From Deltaproteobacteria bacterium (lineage in GTDB: Bacteria; Desulfobacterota; JADFVX01): DNA of 64,000 nucleotides. Both the position numbers and the translations under genes were made by a program. The DNA lies in assembly GCA_029860075.1 (NCBI GenBank), contig JAOUBX010000001.1, forward strand, positions 89,965 to 153,964, read 5' to 3'. Numbering within the stretch: position 1 is the first letter of the stretch; every line of letters starts with the position of its first letter. Shown piece by piece: positions 47,961 to 58,300 of the stretch. The notes beneath the pieces are model-generated. The model ran no database searches and was not told the DNA's origin. It was given only the letters and a program-made list of their open reading frames with translations.

Positions 47961-49322
47961 GTGATCAAAAAGGTATCAAGGCGGCTGTTTCTCAAAATGA
48001 CGGCTCTCTTTGCATTTTTCTTATCTATTGGCAAAGTGGATTATTCCTATGCTTCCGGCGCTGATGCAACAGGCAGCATGCCGGGAGGGGAGGGAGGGGA
48101 AAAAATGAATCCGGGCGTTGATGAAGACGGCCTGTCAAGGGTCTATATTGCATCAGGGCATTCACCTGAAGAAAATATAAAAGAAGCCGTCCGTCTTATG
48201 GGTGGAATTGAAAAAATGATTGGAACCGATGATATTGTTGTGCTAAAACCCAATGCCCAGTGGTGGAACCAGGGCACGACGAACACAAACAATATGAAAG
48301 GTTTCATTGAAGGGGTACTTGCAATAAAAGATTTTAGGGGGGAAATAATTATTGCAGAGAATCACCACTATAAGGAACTGGATTCCCGCGGATGGACGAC
48401 TGAAGAGAGAAACGGCGATTATAATCTTAATGAACTGGTTCAATATTTTAATGATGCCGGTTTTGCCAATGTGAGCAAATATCACTGGGTCGATGGAGGG
48501 CCTAATCCGCAGCCGCAGGAGGGCACCGGCGGCGGCGGCCAAAGGGTCCCGTCTGTTTCAGAGGGTGATGGGTATGTATGGCTGAAAGATGAAATCTATG
48601 TCAGTCCGGAAAATAGAAAGTGCATGATGACCTGTCCCGTCTTTACCTCTCCCTACAGCGGCGCAAAAATTGATCTTAAAAAAGGTGTTTTGGAGGGCGG
48701 CGAGTATATTGATAAGGTCAAGCTGGTAAACTTTTCATGCCTCAACCATCACGGACAATCATTCGGGGTTACCGCTTCCATAAAAAACCTTATGGGTGTT
48801 GTCGATCTTACCTGCGGTTATCACGGAACAGAGCCCGAAGGATTTTATAATGTTCACTTTGTTGGAGAAATGTCTCTTCTTTATAAATCAGGCATTGGTC
48901 TCAAATACTATGGGAAACGTTTCGGTTTTGGTTCTGCTTTCGGAAAAAAAATGCAGGAAATGGGTTCATGGAGCACTCAATATACGGGAGGGGCGCTCGG
49001 CCACTGGATGAAAAGGGTCAAAATGCCGGATATTAATATTCTGGCTGCTGAATATGTCGGTTGGGGAGGCAGAGGCCGGAAAGGCCCTGAAAAGAGAGAA
49101 AGAGCGAATACCGTCGCTATTTCTCACGACCCTGTTGCTCTCGATTATGTGGGGGCCATGCATATTTTATTGCCCGCAACGCCTGAAAAAGAAACTTTTT
49201 ATAGAAATCTGAACAATCCCCATAAGAAACCCTTCCGTTCATTTTTGGAGGAATGTCATCGTCAGGGGATTGGTAATCTTGATGCGCAAAAAATTAAAAT
49301 CATAAGAAGTACCTCACAGTAA
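47961..49322 (+). CDS. Exported hypothetical protein with a twin-arginine (Tat) signal peptide. GTG start.
   Basis: MIKKVSRRLFLKMTALFAFFLSIG is a Tat-type signal. 453 aa with no clear catalytic motif. Possibly DUF362-like. Confidence 0.55.
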   Translation: MIKKVSRRLFLKMTALFAFFLSIGKVDYSYASGADATGSMPGGEGGEKMNPGVDEDGLSRVYIASGHSPEENIKEAVRLMGGIEKMIGTDDIVVLKPNAQWWNQGTTNTNNMKGFIEGVLAIKDFRGEIIIAENHHYKELDSRGWTTEERNGDYNLNELVQYFNDAGFANVSKYHWVDGGPNPQPQEGTGGGGQRVPSVSEGDGYVWLKDEIYVSPENRKCMMTCPVFTSPYSGAKIDLKKGVLEGGEYIDKVKLVNFSCLNHHGQSFGVTASIKNLMGVVDLTCGYHGTEPEGFYNVHFVGEMSLLYKSGIGLKYYGKRFGFGSAFGKKMQEMGSWSTQYTGGALGHWMKRVKMPDINILAAEYVGWGGRGRKGPEKRERANTVAISHDPVALDYVGAMHILLPATPEKETFYRNLNNPHKKPFRSFLEECHRQGIGNLDAQKIKIIRSTSQ

Positions 49323-49374
49323 AGGGCCGGCTTCTTACGGCAGGTATTTTTTTTAAGAAAAGAAACCAACCATA

Positions 49375-50523
49375 ATGTCTGATAAGTGTTTTCTTGTTTT
49401 TTCTGATGATTTTGGAGAGCACCCCTCCAGTTGTCAGCATATTTTCCGCTCTATTCCAACCGAGCATCCCGTTTTATGGGTCAATACCATCGGCATGCGC
49501 TCTCCCCGTTTGACATGGAGGGATTTAAATAAAGCCTTTCTTAAGGCAGGAAGAATGCTTTCCGGTTTATTTAAGGGAGGAAGTAAAAAAGTCTCAACGG
49601 GCCATATCAAAGTCTGCCAGCCGCCAATGCTGCCTTTTTTAAATATTCCTTTTGTAAGAACCTTTAATAAAAGAAGCGTTACGGGGCATGTAAAGAGGAA
49701 ACTGGAAGGGCTCGATATGAAATCGCCCATTTGTGTCATTACTGCGCCCAATGCCTGTGATTATATCGGCCAATTTAATGAGAGCCGGATTGTTTATTAT
49801 TGTGTCGATGATTTTGCCGAGTGGCCCGGCCTGGATAAGTCACTTGTGCAATCCATGGAAAGTGATCTCATCGATAAGTCCGACCGGTTTGTGGCCACCT
49901 CTCAAGACCTTGCTGATAAACTGGAGCAAAAAGGCAAGAAGGCCCATCTTTTAACGCATGGCGTCGATTATACGTTTTTTCAGAAGGCCTCTCAAAAGGA
50001 ACACCCGCTTCTGGCCCATATTCCGAAACCGAGAGTTGGATATTTTGGTTTGTTTGACGGCAGGAGTGACTTGGATTTAATTAAAGCCGTTGCAGCCGGA
50101 ATGCCGGACATATCTTTTGTTGTTACGGGAAATACAGAGGTCGATATTTCGGACATGAGGAAGATAAAGAATATCTATTTTACAGGAAGTATACCCTACA
50201 GTGAATTACCTCAAATGGCTAAAGGCTGGGACATCTGTATGCTTCCCTACCTTGTGAATGTATTAACCAATGCCATTCAGCCCTTAAAAATTAAAGAGTA
50301 CCTCGCTACGGGCAAGCCGATTATCAGCACGCCCATTAAAGAAGCATGTAATTTGAGCGATTATGTAAACATTGCTGCAACAGCGGATGAGTGGGAAAAT
50401 AGCATTCGCAGTAATTTAGGGCCTCTTTCCCATGATTTAATTAAAAAAAGAACAGACTTTTTGAAGAATGAGTCCTGGGCATGCAAGGCTGAAAAGTTCT
50501 TTAAGCTATGCCTCGAAGATTAA
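49375..50523 (+). CDS. Glycosyltransferase-like protein (GT-B fold, tentative).
   Basis: Size and C-terminal pattern are consistent with GT1/GT4-like enzymes found in EPS loci. Weak motif support. Confidence 0.5.
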   Translation: MSDKCFLVFSDDFGEHPSSCQHIFRSIPTEHPVLWVNTIGMRSPRLTWRDLNKAFLKAGRMLSGLFKGGSKKVSTGHIKVCQPPMLPFLNIPFVRTFNKRSVTGHVKRKLEGLDMKSPICVITAPNACDYIGQFNESRIVYYCVDDFAEWPGLDKSLVQSMESDLIDKSDRFVATSQDLADKLEQKGKKAHLLTHGVDYTFFQKASQKEHPLLAHIPKPRVGYFGLFDGRSDLDLIKAVAAGMPDISFVVTGNTEVDISDMRKIKNIYFTGSIPYSELPQMAKGWDICMLPYLVNVLTNAIQPLKIKEYLATGKPIISTPIKEACNLSDYVNIAATADEWENSIRSNLGPLSHDLIKKRTDFLKNESWACKAEKFFKLCLED

Positions 50524-50567
50524 GCCTTCTCTTTCATCAAAAAAGAGACTGAAAAGTGGGGTTAAAA

Positions 50568-52016
50568 TTATTTGACTGACTTTATTTTTATATGGGCCAC
50601 CGGCATAGGCATGCAATCCCCATCAAAGGTATAGCTGCTTACAGACAAATGGTGAAGGTATTCTTCTATGTTGGTATAGCCGTCATTATTTCTGTCCATG
50701 GCCGAATCGTTAGCCTTTGTATTCAGGCCTTTCAAGACTTCCCAGCTATCGGCCATGCCGTCGTTGTCCGTATCTGCCGGAGGGGCGGGGGTGGTAAAAG
50801 TCGGGAAGTCACCGGGGTAGGTCACAGTATCGATTATGGCCCCTGTTCCTGCTGAAAAGTCGGCAATGATCCTGCTGTCGACACTGTCTCTCACAGGCGC
50901 TGTGGCGCCGACAGCCGATAAAAGGCAGTTGGCAATAGCCGGAGACATGATGTCAGTTGTTATGGCCGCTGCCGGCCAGGCGTCGATTTTTCTGAATCCT
51001 TCATTTAACAGCTGGTTTTGCCATTCAAAACCGACGGACCACTCGGGCGCGCTCTGGTCCATTCTTCTTATCCCTATATTCCCTTTAACATATATGAGCG
51101 GATGAGGAGCCAGCCCCTGGGGATAGTGAATGGCTTCAAAGGCTGTAGCATTTGACCGGGGTCCTCTCTTGACGTAGTTATGGACCCAGTTGACCCTGCC
51201 GTGTTCATAGGTCATCATGGACAGGTTGCCTTTAAAGTTATATACCACATTATTGACGACGTCCGCCAGAGGCGCCGATACTCCTCCGCCGATCATGGGG
51301 TTTCTGTCCTGGTTATGGGCAAGGTAGTTGTGATGAATTGAAACTTCGGCATTATTGTTTTTCCCGGAAATGAGCAGCCCTTTACTGTGATCTGCTTTAG
51401 GGTGGCCTATCGGTTTGGCATTATTCAAGCCTTCCGAAACAATTGACCATTGAAGCGTAATATTCGTCGCATTCCATGAACTGCTGAAGGTTTCATCGAT
51501 GCCCCAACTGAATGAAGAGTGATCTATGATGATATTGTAGGCTTTATTAGGGTAATAACCGCCATAGTCACCATATATTGCAATGGTATCAAAGGTTTCG
51601 GCGTCATTTTGATCTATCACGCCGTGAGAACCTAACCTGAAGCGCATATGCTGCATGATTAAATCATGCGTATTGATGATCGTCGGTCTTCCTGTGACAA
51701 GGATGCCGCCCGGTGATGTTTGTCCGGCAATGGTTATGTAAGGATTAGATATGTAAAGGTTAGAAGTCAGATTAATAATGCCGGAAACTTCAAAGACGAC
51801 GATTCGCTTTCCAGGGGCTTCAACGGCTGCTCTGAAGCTCCCGGGGCCGCTGTTATTAAGATTGGTGACCTTAATAATCGCGCCTCCTCTTCCGCCGGCG
51901 CTGTTTGCCCCAAAACCTTCAGCTCCGGGGAATGCCGCAACAGCATAAGCAATTCCCGGCAAGAAAACCAGGAGCATAAAAATAATAGGTAGAAAGAAAT
52001 GCTTCATAAATTTCAT
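50568..52016 (-). CDS. Secreted right-handed beta-helix polysaccharide lyase/hydrolase (pectate-lyase-like) with a C-terminal Ca-binding dockerin/thrombospondin-type-3-like repeat.
   Basis: Signal peptide MKFMKHFFLPIIFMLLVFLPGIAYA. VTNLNNSGPGSFRAAVEAPGKRIVVFEVSGIINL is typical of pectate-lyase-like beta-helix starts. The C-terminus carries DTDNDGMADSWE...DRNNDGYTN Asp-rich calcium-binding repeats. Confidence 0.7.
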   Translation of the reverse strand: MKFMKHFFLPIIFMLLVFLPGIAYAVAAFPGAEGFGANSAGGRGGAIIKVTNLNNSGPGSFRAAVEAPGKRIVVFEVSGIINLTSNLYISNPYITIAGQTSPGGILVTGRPTIINTHDLIMQHMRFRLGSHGVIDQNDAETFDTIAIYGDYGGYYPNKAYNIIIDHSSFSWGIDETFSSSWNATNITLQWSIVSEGLNNAKPIGHPKADHSKGLLISGKNNNAEVSIHHNYLAHNQDRNPMIGGGVSAPLADVVNNVVYNFKGNLSMMTYEHGRVNWVHNYVKRGPRSNATAFEAIHYPQGLAPHPLIYVKGNIGIRRMDQSAPEWSVGFEWQNQLLNEGFRKIDAWPAAAITTDIMSPAIANCLLSAVGATAPVRDSVDSRIIADFSAGTGAIIDTVTYPGDFPTFTTPAPPADTDNDGMADSWEVLKGLNTKANDSAMDRNNDGYTNIEEYLHHLSVSSYTFDGDCMPMPVAHIKIKSVK

Positions 52017-52236
52017 TACTTTTCTCCTTTAGCCTGATTAAGGTCTCATAAGTACACTATTTAGTTTTCATTCAGAAAGGGCGCTTTTTCGCAATCTCTG
52101 CGTCAATCTTCAGATTTGCTTGTGCGACGTACAGCAGTATGCCTCGGCGAAACCCTTGATTTCCCTGACCTTGCAAAAAATCCCTCCTTTCCGAATTGAA
52201 AGTATAGTTTCATTTATTATAGTTTCCCGATGGATA

Positions 52237-52851
52237 CTATTTAGTTATTGATAGTAACTCAGGAGCTGATGGCGGGTCAATATCGTATATTCCACTTATT
52301 TCTATCTCCATTGCGCTTTGCCTTGCAAGCAGTACAAGAGGACCCTCTGTCAGTGGGGAAAGGTTAACGGTTATACTCCAGTTTCCACTGGCATCAGAGG
52401 TGGTGCTGCCAAGCAAAGTCATGGAATTCTTGTCGAATGTTTCTATTAAGGTAGATGCAACTCCCGTACCTGTAAGCGTAAAAGAGGTATAGTTGCTTAA
52501 GTTTGCCTTAAAATTATCTCCCGGGATTTGTATGTTAAATGTGCTGATTTCATTTGAAAACTCACTTTCGTTCCCTTTGGCGTCGAATGATTTCATAACA
52601 AAAAAATAAACCTCGCCGTTAGGCAGGCCCGTTATTGTGTGGCTCGTCTGGTTCCCCATGACAGGAGGCGTATTGTTTGTGTAAACACCGCTCCTATTGC
52701 CCCAGTAGATGACGAAATGGTCAATATACAGCCCTTCATCCCAGGTTGACCAGCCAAGGGTTACGTCCAGGGCAAGCGCCGGTGTCGATATGAACAGTGA
52801 AACAAGGAGGTTGATAATAAATATTTTTATTTTCTTCTTAAAAGATCTCAT
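52237..52851 (-). CDS. Secreted fibronectin-type-III-like domain protein.
   Basis: Signal peptide, then TLGWSTW...YFFVMKSFDAKGNESEFSNEIS, an FN3-like pattern. Confidence 0.6.
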   Translation of the reverse strand: MRSFKKKIKIFIINLLVSLFISTPALALDVTLGWSTWDEGLYIDHFVIYWGNRSGVYTNNTPPVMGNQTSHTITGLPNGEVYFFVMKSFDAKGNESEFSNEISTFNIQIPGDNFKANLSNYTSFTLTGTGVASTLIETFDKNSMTLLGSTTSDASGNWSITVNLSPLTEGPLVLLARQSAMEIEISGIYDIDPPSAPELLSITK

Positions 52852-52921
52852 AGTCAGTTGTGGTTATGTCCCCTCTTAATTGTGTAATATCCTTTTCCTT
52901 ACAAAATGTTCTGCAAAGGTT

Positions 52922-53317
52922 TTAGGGCATAAAAATGCTTAACTCATTGGAGAAACTGCTTTCGTTGCCTGCCGCATCAACAACTTTAAGTGAAAAAAAC
53001 CATTCATTTGGAGAAAGGCCCGACAGGGTGTAGCTGCAATTATTGATATTGCCGCAGCCCGATGGTGCGCCGACACCGGTATCGGTACAGCTGATTTCAA
53101 TAAGGTTGACCGGTATTTGAGCCGTATAGGTTCGCGGGGCAATTCCGTAATGAATGACGTAACCATCGAGGTCTGAAGCACATGATCCGCTTTGACTGGT
53201 TGAAGGGGCCGTCCAGGTAAGGGTAATATTGGTCCCATTGGCAGTTCCATTGAGAGCATATTCCTTAACTGTTGTTGTGCCCACGTCACCGCAGGCGGTA
53301 TGTATTGATGCCGCCAT
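52922..53317 (-). CDS. Small secreted FN3-like protein. Start uncertain; the six-frame ORF extends to 53593.
   Basis: ITLTWTAPSTSQSG...YTLSGLSPNEWFFSLKVVDAAGNESSFSNELSIF FN3-like pattern. The ORF segment upstream of Met-93 (MIFSKVKTYFPVPGQCCRPGRREKNCHFDEAEGE...) looks non-native. Confidence 0.45.
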   Translation of the reverse strand: MAASIHTACGDVGTTTVKEYALNGTANGTNITLTWTAPSTSQSGSCASDLDGYVIHYGIAPRTYTAQIPVNLIEISCTDTGVGAPSGCGNINNCSYTLSGLSPNEWFFSLKVVDAAGNESSFSNELSIFMP

Positions 53318-53659
53318 TAATGTGAGGATGACATAACGTGAAAAGAGGCGGGGCCTTTTATCTCTTAAATAAAAAAACTTTTTGACGGGAAAAAACAAAC
53401 TGCTGAGAAGAAGCAATGTCCGCTCAGCAAATTGCGCTGACCTGTCATTTCGGGTGAAGGGAGAAATCTTTTCCTCCCTGACTTCCAGTATTTCTCCTTC
53501 TGCCTCGTCGAAATGACAATTTTTTTCCCTTCTTCCAGGCCGGCAACACTGGCCTGGAACAGGAAAATAAGTTTTAACCTTTGAAAAAATCATGGATTTT
53601 ACTTAGCCGGTATTTTACAGTTCATCCGATAAAATATCGGCTCCCCTTTCCCCTGGACT

Positions 53660-53691
53660 AAAAAAGCCGCCAGAAGTTTATCTCTGGCGGC
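53660..53691 (-). terminator. Rho-independent terminator-like hairpin on the minus strand (GCCGCCAGA-N8-TCTGGCGGC followed by T6 in minus-strand sense).
   Basis: Perfect 9-bp GC-rich stem immediately followed by a run of six U in the minus-strand transcript. No annotated minus-strand gene lies upstream of it. Confidence 0.5.
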
Positions 53692-54121
53692 CCGGCTGAC
53701 AGTATATCCTTTTTTCCGTGATCATTCCGGATATCTAAGTCCCGAAGCTCTGCGTCCCGGGGTTTCCCCCAGTTTGCTCTGAGCAGAGTGCGATTTATAA
53801 ATCAGGATTATAACAATTGTACTGATCTACAGTTAAAATGATATCTTTTTAATAGAAAAAAATCAAGATGAATTTGCCTGGAAAGGGTAGACGGCTGTGG
53901 GTTTATAGCATAAGCTCCTGGTTTCAAAGGGTTTTTAAAAAAATGGCTTCAACTTATGCTTAGTCGGGTATTTATAAAATGTTTTGCTTGCCTTCGCCCG
54001 CTGGCATTTTAAGGCCGCCATGACAGGAAAATTCATGTCCCATTGGAAATATGGTCTTTATAAGTTGCATGTTAAAGAGTACAATTTTAAAATATGAGTA
54101 ATTTTACAAGAGGTTGATTCT

Positions 54122-54976
54122 TTGAATATAGATTTTTTATCTCATAAAGGCTTGATAATCAGAGCTTTCCTGCTGCTTGCTTCTTTTCTCCTGTTGTATT
54201 ACCCCATTATTGTTTCCCTTGTGCATGACTGGTCCATAGATGACAATTATTCCCACGGCTATATTGTTCCTTTCATGAGTTTATATCTTGTCTGGGAAAG
54301 GCGCAGTGAGCTTCTGTCTTTAAAGATTAAACCGAATTCATCGGGTTTGCTCTTATTGATAGTGGGTTTGTTTGTCATGATTCTGGGGCATGTAGGGGCC
54401 GAGCTTTTTCTCGGCAGGCTTTCCATTCTCATTGTTCTTTCAGGGATAGCGCTTTTTTTATTAGGGAAAGAGTATTTGAAGATATTGGCCTTTCCCATCG
54501 GTTTTCTTATCTTTATGATTCCTTTGCCCTCAGTCATCTTTAATTCTCTTGCCTTTCCTCTTCAGCTTTTAGCTGCCAGGGTTGCCGCCGGCATAATTTA
54601 CACCTGTGGTATCCCTGTTTTAAGGGACGGCAATATTATTCATCTGGCCAATACCACTCTGGAGGTTGCCGAAGCATGCAGTGGCATAAGATCACTTGTT
54701 ACGATAATGACACTGGCGACAATTTATGCCTATTTTATGGAAAGTAAGCGCTGGAAACAGGTGGTCCTTTTCCTCTCCTCTATTCCCATTGCCATTATCA
54801 CCAACAGCGCCCGCGTAACTTTTACGGGATTCCTGTCTCACTACTATGGTGATGAAGCGGCAAAAGGTTTTTACCATACCTTTGAGGGATGGTTTATGTT
54901 TGTTGTCGCTTTTTCGCTGTTGCTCCTTTTTGGGCTTCTTTTGAGAAAAATAACCTTTGGCCGCAAAGTACATTGA
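54122..54976 (+). CDS. xrtA: Exosortase (XrtA/EpsH family, 8-TM transpeptidase). TTG start.
   Basis: Hallmark DDNYSHG motif (HDWSIDDNYSHGYIVP), 8 TM helices, and conserved Arg and Cys in GIPVLRDGNII...ACSGIRSL. Confidence 0.9.
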   Translation: MNIDFLSHKGLIIRAFLLLASFLLLYYPIIVSLVHDWSIDDNYSHGYIVPFMSLYLVWERRSELLSLKIKPNSSGLLLLIVGLFVMILGHVGAELFLGRLSILIVLSGIALFLLGKEYLKILAFPIGFLIFMIPLPSVIFNSLAFPLQLLAARVAAGIIYTCGIPVLRDGNIIHLANTTLEVAEACSGIRSLVTIMTLATIYAYFMESKRWKQVVLFLSSIPIAIITNSARVTFTGFLSHYYGDEAAKGFYHTFEGWFMFVVAFSLLLLFGLLLRKITFGRKVH

Positions 54977-55362
54977 AAAGCAGGAAATTTCCGTCACTGC
55001 GCCACAAAGAGAGCAGTATAAAATCTTTTGTCAAAGAATTTTACACTGCCTCAAAACCTCATAAATAAACATCATACCTCATATCATCTTCTCCAGGCAG
55101 CCCTTGAGTCATCAGTCATGAGGCTCGTGTCTTATGTGTCATACTAAAAAGCAGGCTATCTGTAAAAAGTAATGTCAGGAAATTTTACATTTCTTTGAGG
55201 CTGTAAAGGGGTAAATGAATTTACTTATTAAAAACAATAGCTTATGCTTCGGCAAGGTAATTGCACTATCTGTTCCTAATGAGACTTTTGCTGGAAAGTT
55301 ATGCCCTGGCGCTATTGCCGGGCTAAGCGTAATCAATAGTGAACAAACCGGGGAGGAAGAGA

Positions 55363-58300
55363 ATGAAGTTGTCAGGGAGTTTTTTTTCAATAAGAAATAT
55401 AAGTATGCCTTTGGGAATGTTGCTGGCTTTCTATCTCTTCTCTCTGGCCAAACCTGTTGAGCTTAATGCGGCCCCGGCTCCGGCGTCGCTGATCCAGACC
55501 ATTGATACATCCCGGTTAACCCCGCCCAGTCCGGATCCGGCAGGTCTTTGCTATCTCAATTTTTCCGATACTTTCTTGATCAGTGATTCAGAAGTCAATG
55601 AGATGCCCATCTTTACCGGTGATAACCTCTTTGAAATATCTCCATCAGGCATCCTGACGAGTACCATGACTACCTTGCCTTTTTCTTTTGAGCCTACCGG
55701 CGTCACGCTTAATACGAATAATAACCATCTTTTTTTTACAGATGATAATGAAGGATTTATTATTGAAGTAAATCCCGGGCCTGACGGGAGCTATTTCACA
55801 GGAGACGATAGCGTTACTTATTCCGACACCTTTTTATTCAATTGTACTGATCCTGAAGGCATTACTTTTGACAGCCTGCAGGGAGATCTTTATGTTGCCT
55901 GTGGATTAGATGCTCTCGTTTCCCGCGTCTCTCCCGGAGTCAACGGTTTTTTTGACGGCGCGCCGCCTGTCGGTGATGACGAGGTGACCAATTTCGATAC
56001 GGCAAGCCTCGGTGTCATTGATCTTGAAGGGATTACCTATGATTCCGATAACGGTCTTTTGTATATCGTCGGTGAACCTGGTGATTTATTAGCGCATATC
56101 ACAACTGACGGCAAGCTTGTGCGGATGATCGATATTTCAGTGATAAATGCCATAGACCCGGCTGGTCTGGCTTATGCGCCGAGCAGTATTGATCCTTCCG
56201 TTATGAGCATCTATCTTTCCGACAGGGGTATTGATAATAATGATGATCCATCAGAAAATGACGGTAAGTTCCATGAACTGTCCATACCGCTCATTTCGGA
56301 AGGCAATTTAATGCCTTATGTCTTTGCAGGACCGGACCAGGCCATCATTTTTCCCGATGACGCTCTCCTCGATGCTATCGCCTCTGATGACGGCCTTCCC
56401 TATCCACCGCAGCTGATTATCACCTGGAGCGTTATGAGCGGACCGGGAACAGTCACCTTTAGTGATGCCGGTGCCCTGAAGACGACTGTCGGCTTTTCGG
56501 AACCGGGGGCATATGTGCTGCGTTTGACAGCGGCAGACGGCGAGTTTGAGAGCACAGATGAGTTGAACATTTTTGTGTCCCATTTGGCCTATACGCCCGC
56601 TGCGGATACTTTTGTTGATAAGGCTAATCCCGGTACCAATTTTGGGAGCGCGCCGGACCTTGAGATAAGCGCCCTTGGTGATGGATCGCCACAAGAGACT
56701 GCTTACCTTCAATTTGACGTCGTTGGACTTGCCGGTCCCGTACAGTCGGCCAAAGTGAGGTTAGAAGTAAGCAATGCCGGCGTATTTGGAGGCAGTATTC
56801 ATTCCGTGCCGGATAATAGCTGGGGAGAATATACCCTTGACTTTAACAGTAAACCGCCCCATGAAAGTCAAAGTCTGGATGCCCTGGGAAAGGTGAATGC
56901 CGGTGATACGGTATTGTTCGATGTGACAGAGGCCATTAGCGGAGAGGGCACTTATAGCTTTGCCATTTCGGGAGTCAACCCTGCCTGCACAGGCGGCAGT
57001 GATGGATCGATGGGGGAAAGCGGGGACCTGGGGACTTACGCATCGAATTTGACGGGAGAAAAAGTTTATTTCAGTCCTTTTATCCCTGCAAATAGCGGCA
57101 TGGTATCCTATATTCATTTTGAAGAATTCTCCGCTGACGGCCCGCTGCGGGCGGGGGTCTATGATCAACTGGGGAACCTGCTTGCTTCCTCTGTGGAGCT
57201 TAGGGGAAATAATTCCAACCCCGGTATGGAGATGCACGCGGCCCTTGATCAAGCTATCTGTTTAACCTCAGGGCAAACCTATTATCTGGCCCTTTGGGTG
57301 GGTAAGGACGGATGGGCCGGTACCGCTTATGGCGGACCGGGCGGGGGAACCTATTATGTCAGTGATGTGCCGTCTTTTCCCGCATCATTGTCATTGCCGG
57401 GAAATACTCAGAGCGGTTCCACCTCAATGAGGATCACAGTCAATAACAGCCCTGATTCCTTTGCCGGCGGCACTGCGGCAGTTGCAGCTTACCGTTCTCG
57501 CGAGTATCTGAATAATCCGCCAATGTTAATTATCAATCCTGTTCCCATCGGTATTCCATCAGCCGTAAATGATGCATTTAGCATGGATGAAAATACGACA
57601 CTAAGCGGCAGCGTTATAACTAACGACAGTCCGGGCGATGTTCCCATCACAGTGAGCGAGCTTGTCGGTGTAAATAACGGTCTGCTGACTTTGAATGACG
57701 ACGGCATTTTTTCCTATACGCCGAATGCCGACTTTAACGGCACAGACAGTTTTATCTACCGGCTGACCGATGCCGATAATGAAAGCTCCGACGGCACAGT
57801 GACCATAACGGTGACAGCCGTCAATAGCGGGGTGCCGGTAGCCGTCGATGATCCGGCAGCAGCCGTAACGCCGGAGGATACGCCGGTGACTACTATCAAC
57901 GTGCTTTTAAATGACACGTTGGCAGATAACGCCGTCATCAGCGCCTTTGACGCTATTAGTGTGAATGGCGGGGTGGTGGTTTATAATGGTGACGGCACAT
58001 TTACCTATACGCCGGCTTTGGGTTTCAATGGCACGGACAGCTTTACCTACCTGTTGATTGATGATGACGGTGAATCCGGTACGGCTGCTGTGGCCGTCAC
58101 GGTGACAGCCGTTAATAGCGGGGTACCGGTGGCTGTCGATGACCCGGCGGCTGCGACAACGGCCGATGGCATAGCGGTGACTACCATTGACGTGCTCTTA
58201 AATGATACGCTCGTGGACAATGCCGTCATAAGCGCCTTTGACGCTATTAGTGTGAATGGCGGAGCGGTGGTTAATAATGGCGACGGCACATTTACCTATA

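Noticed and set aside
53318-53593. N-terminal 92 codons of the 52922-53593 minus-strand ORF
   Set aside because: The sequence MIFSKVKTYFPVPGQCCRPGRREKNCHFDEAEGE... is non-protein-like and has no signal peptide. The FN3-like region starts after Met-93, so the gene was shortened.
53950-54010. Sigma-54-like TGGCAT-N-GGCCGC motif upstream of xrtA
   Set aside because: The GG-to-GC spacing is 9 rather than 10 and the -12 box is GGCC instead of TTGC. No enhancer-binding-protein gene is in the window. Probably coincidental.
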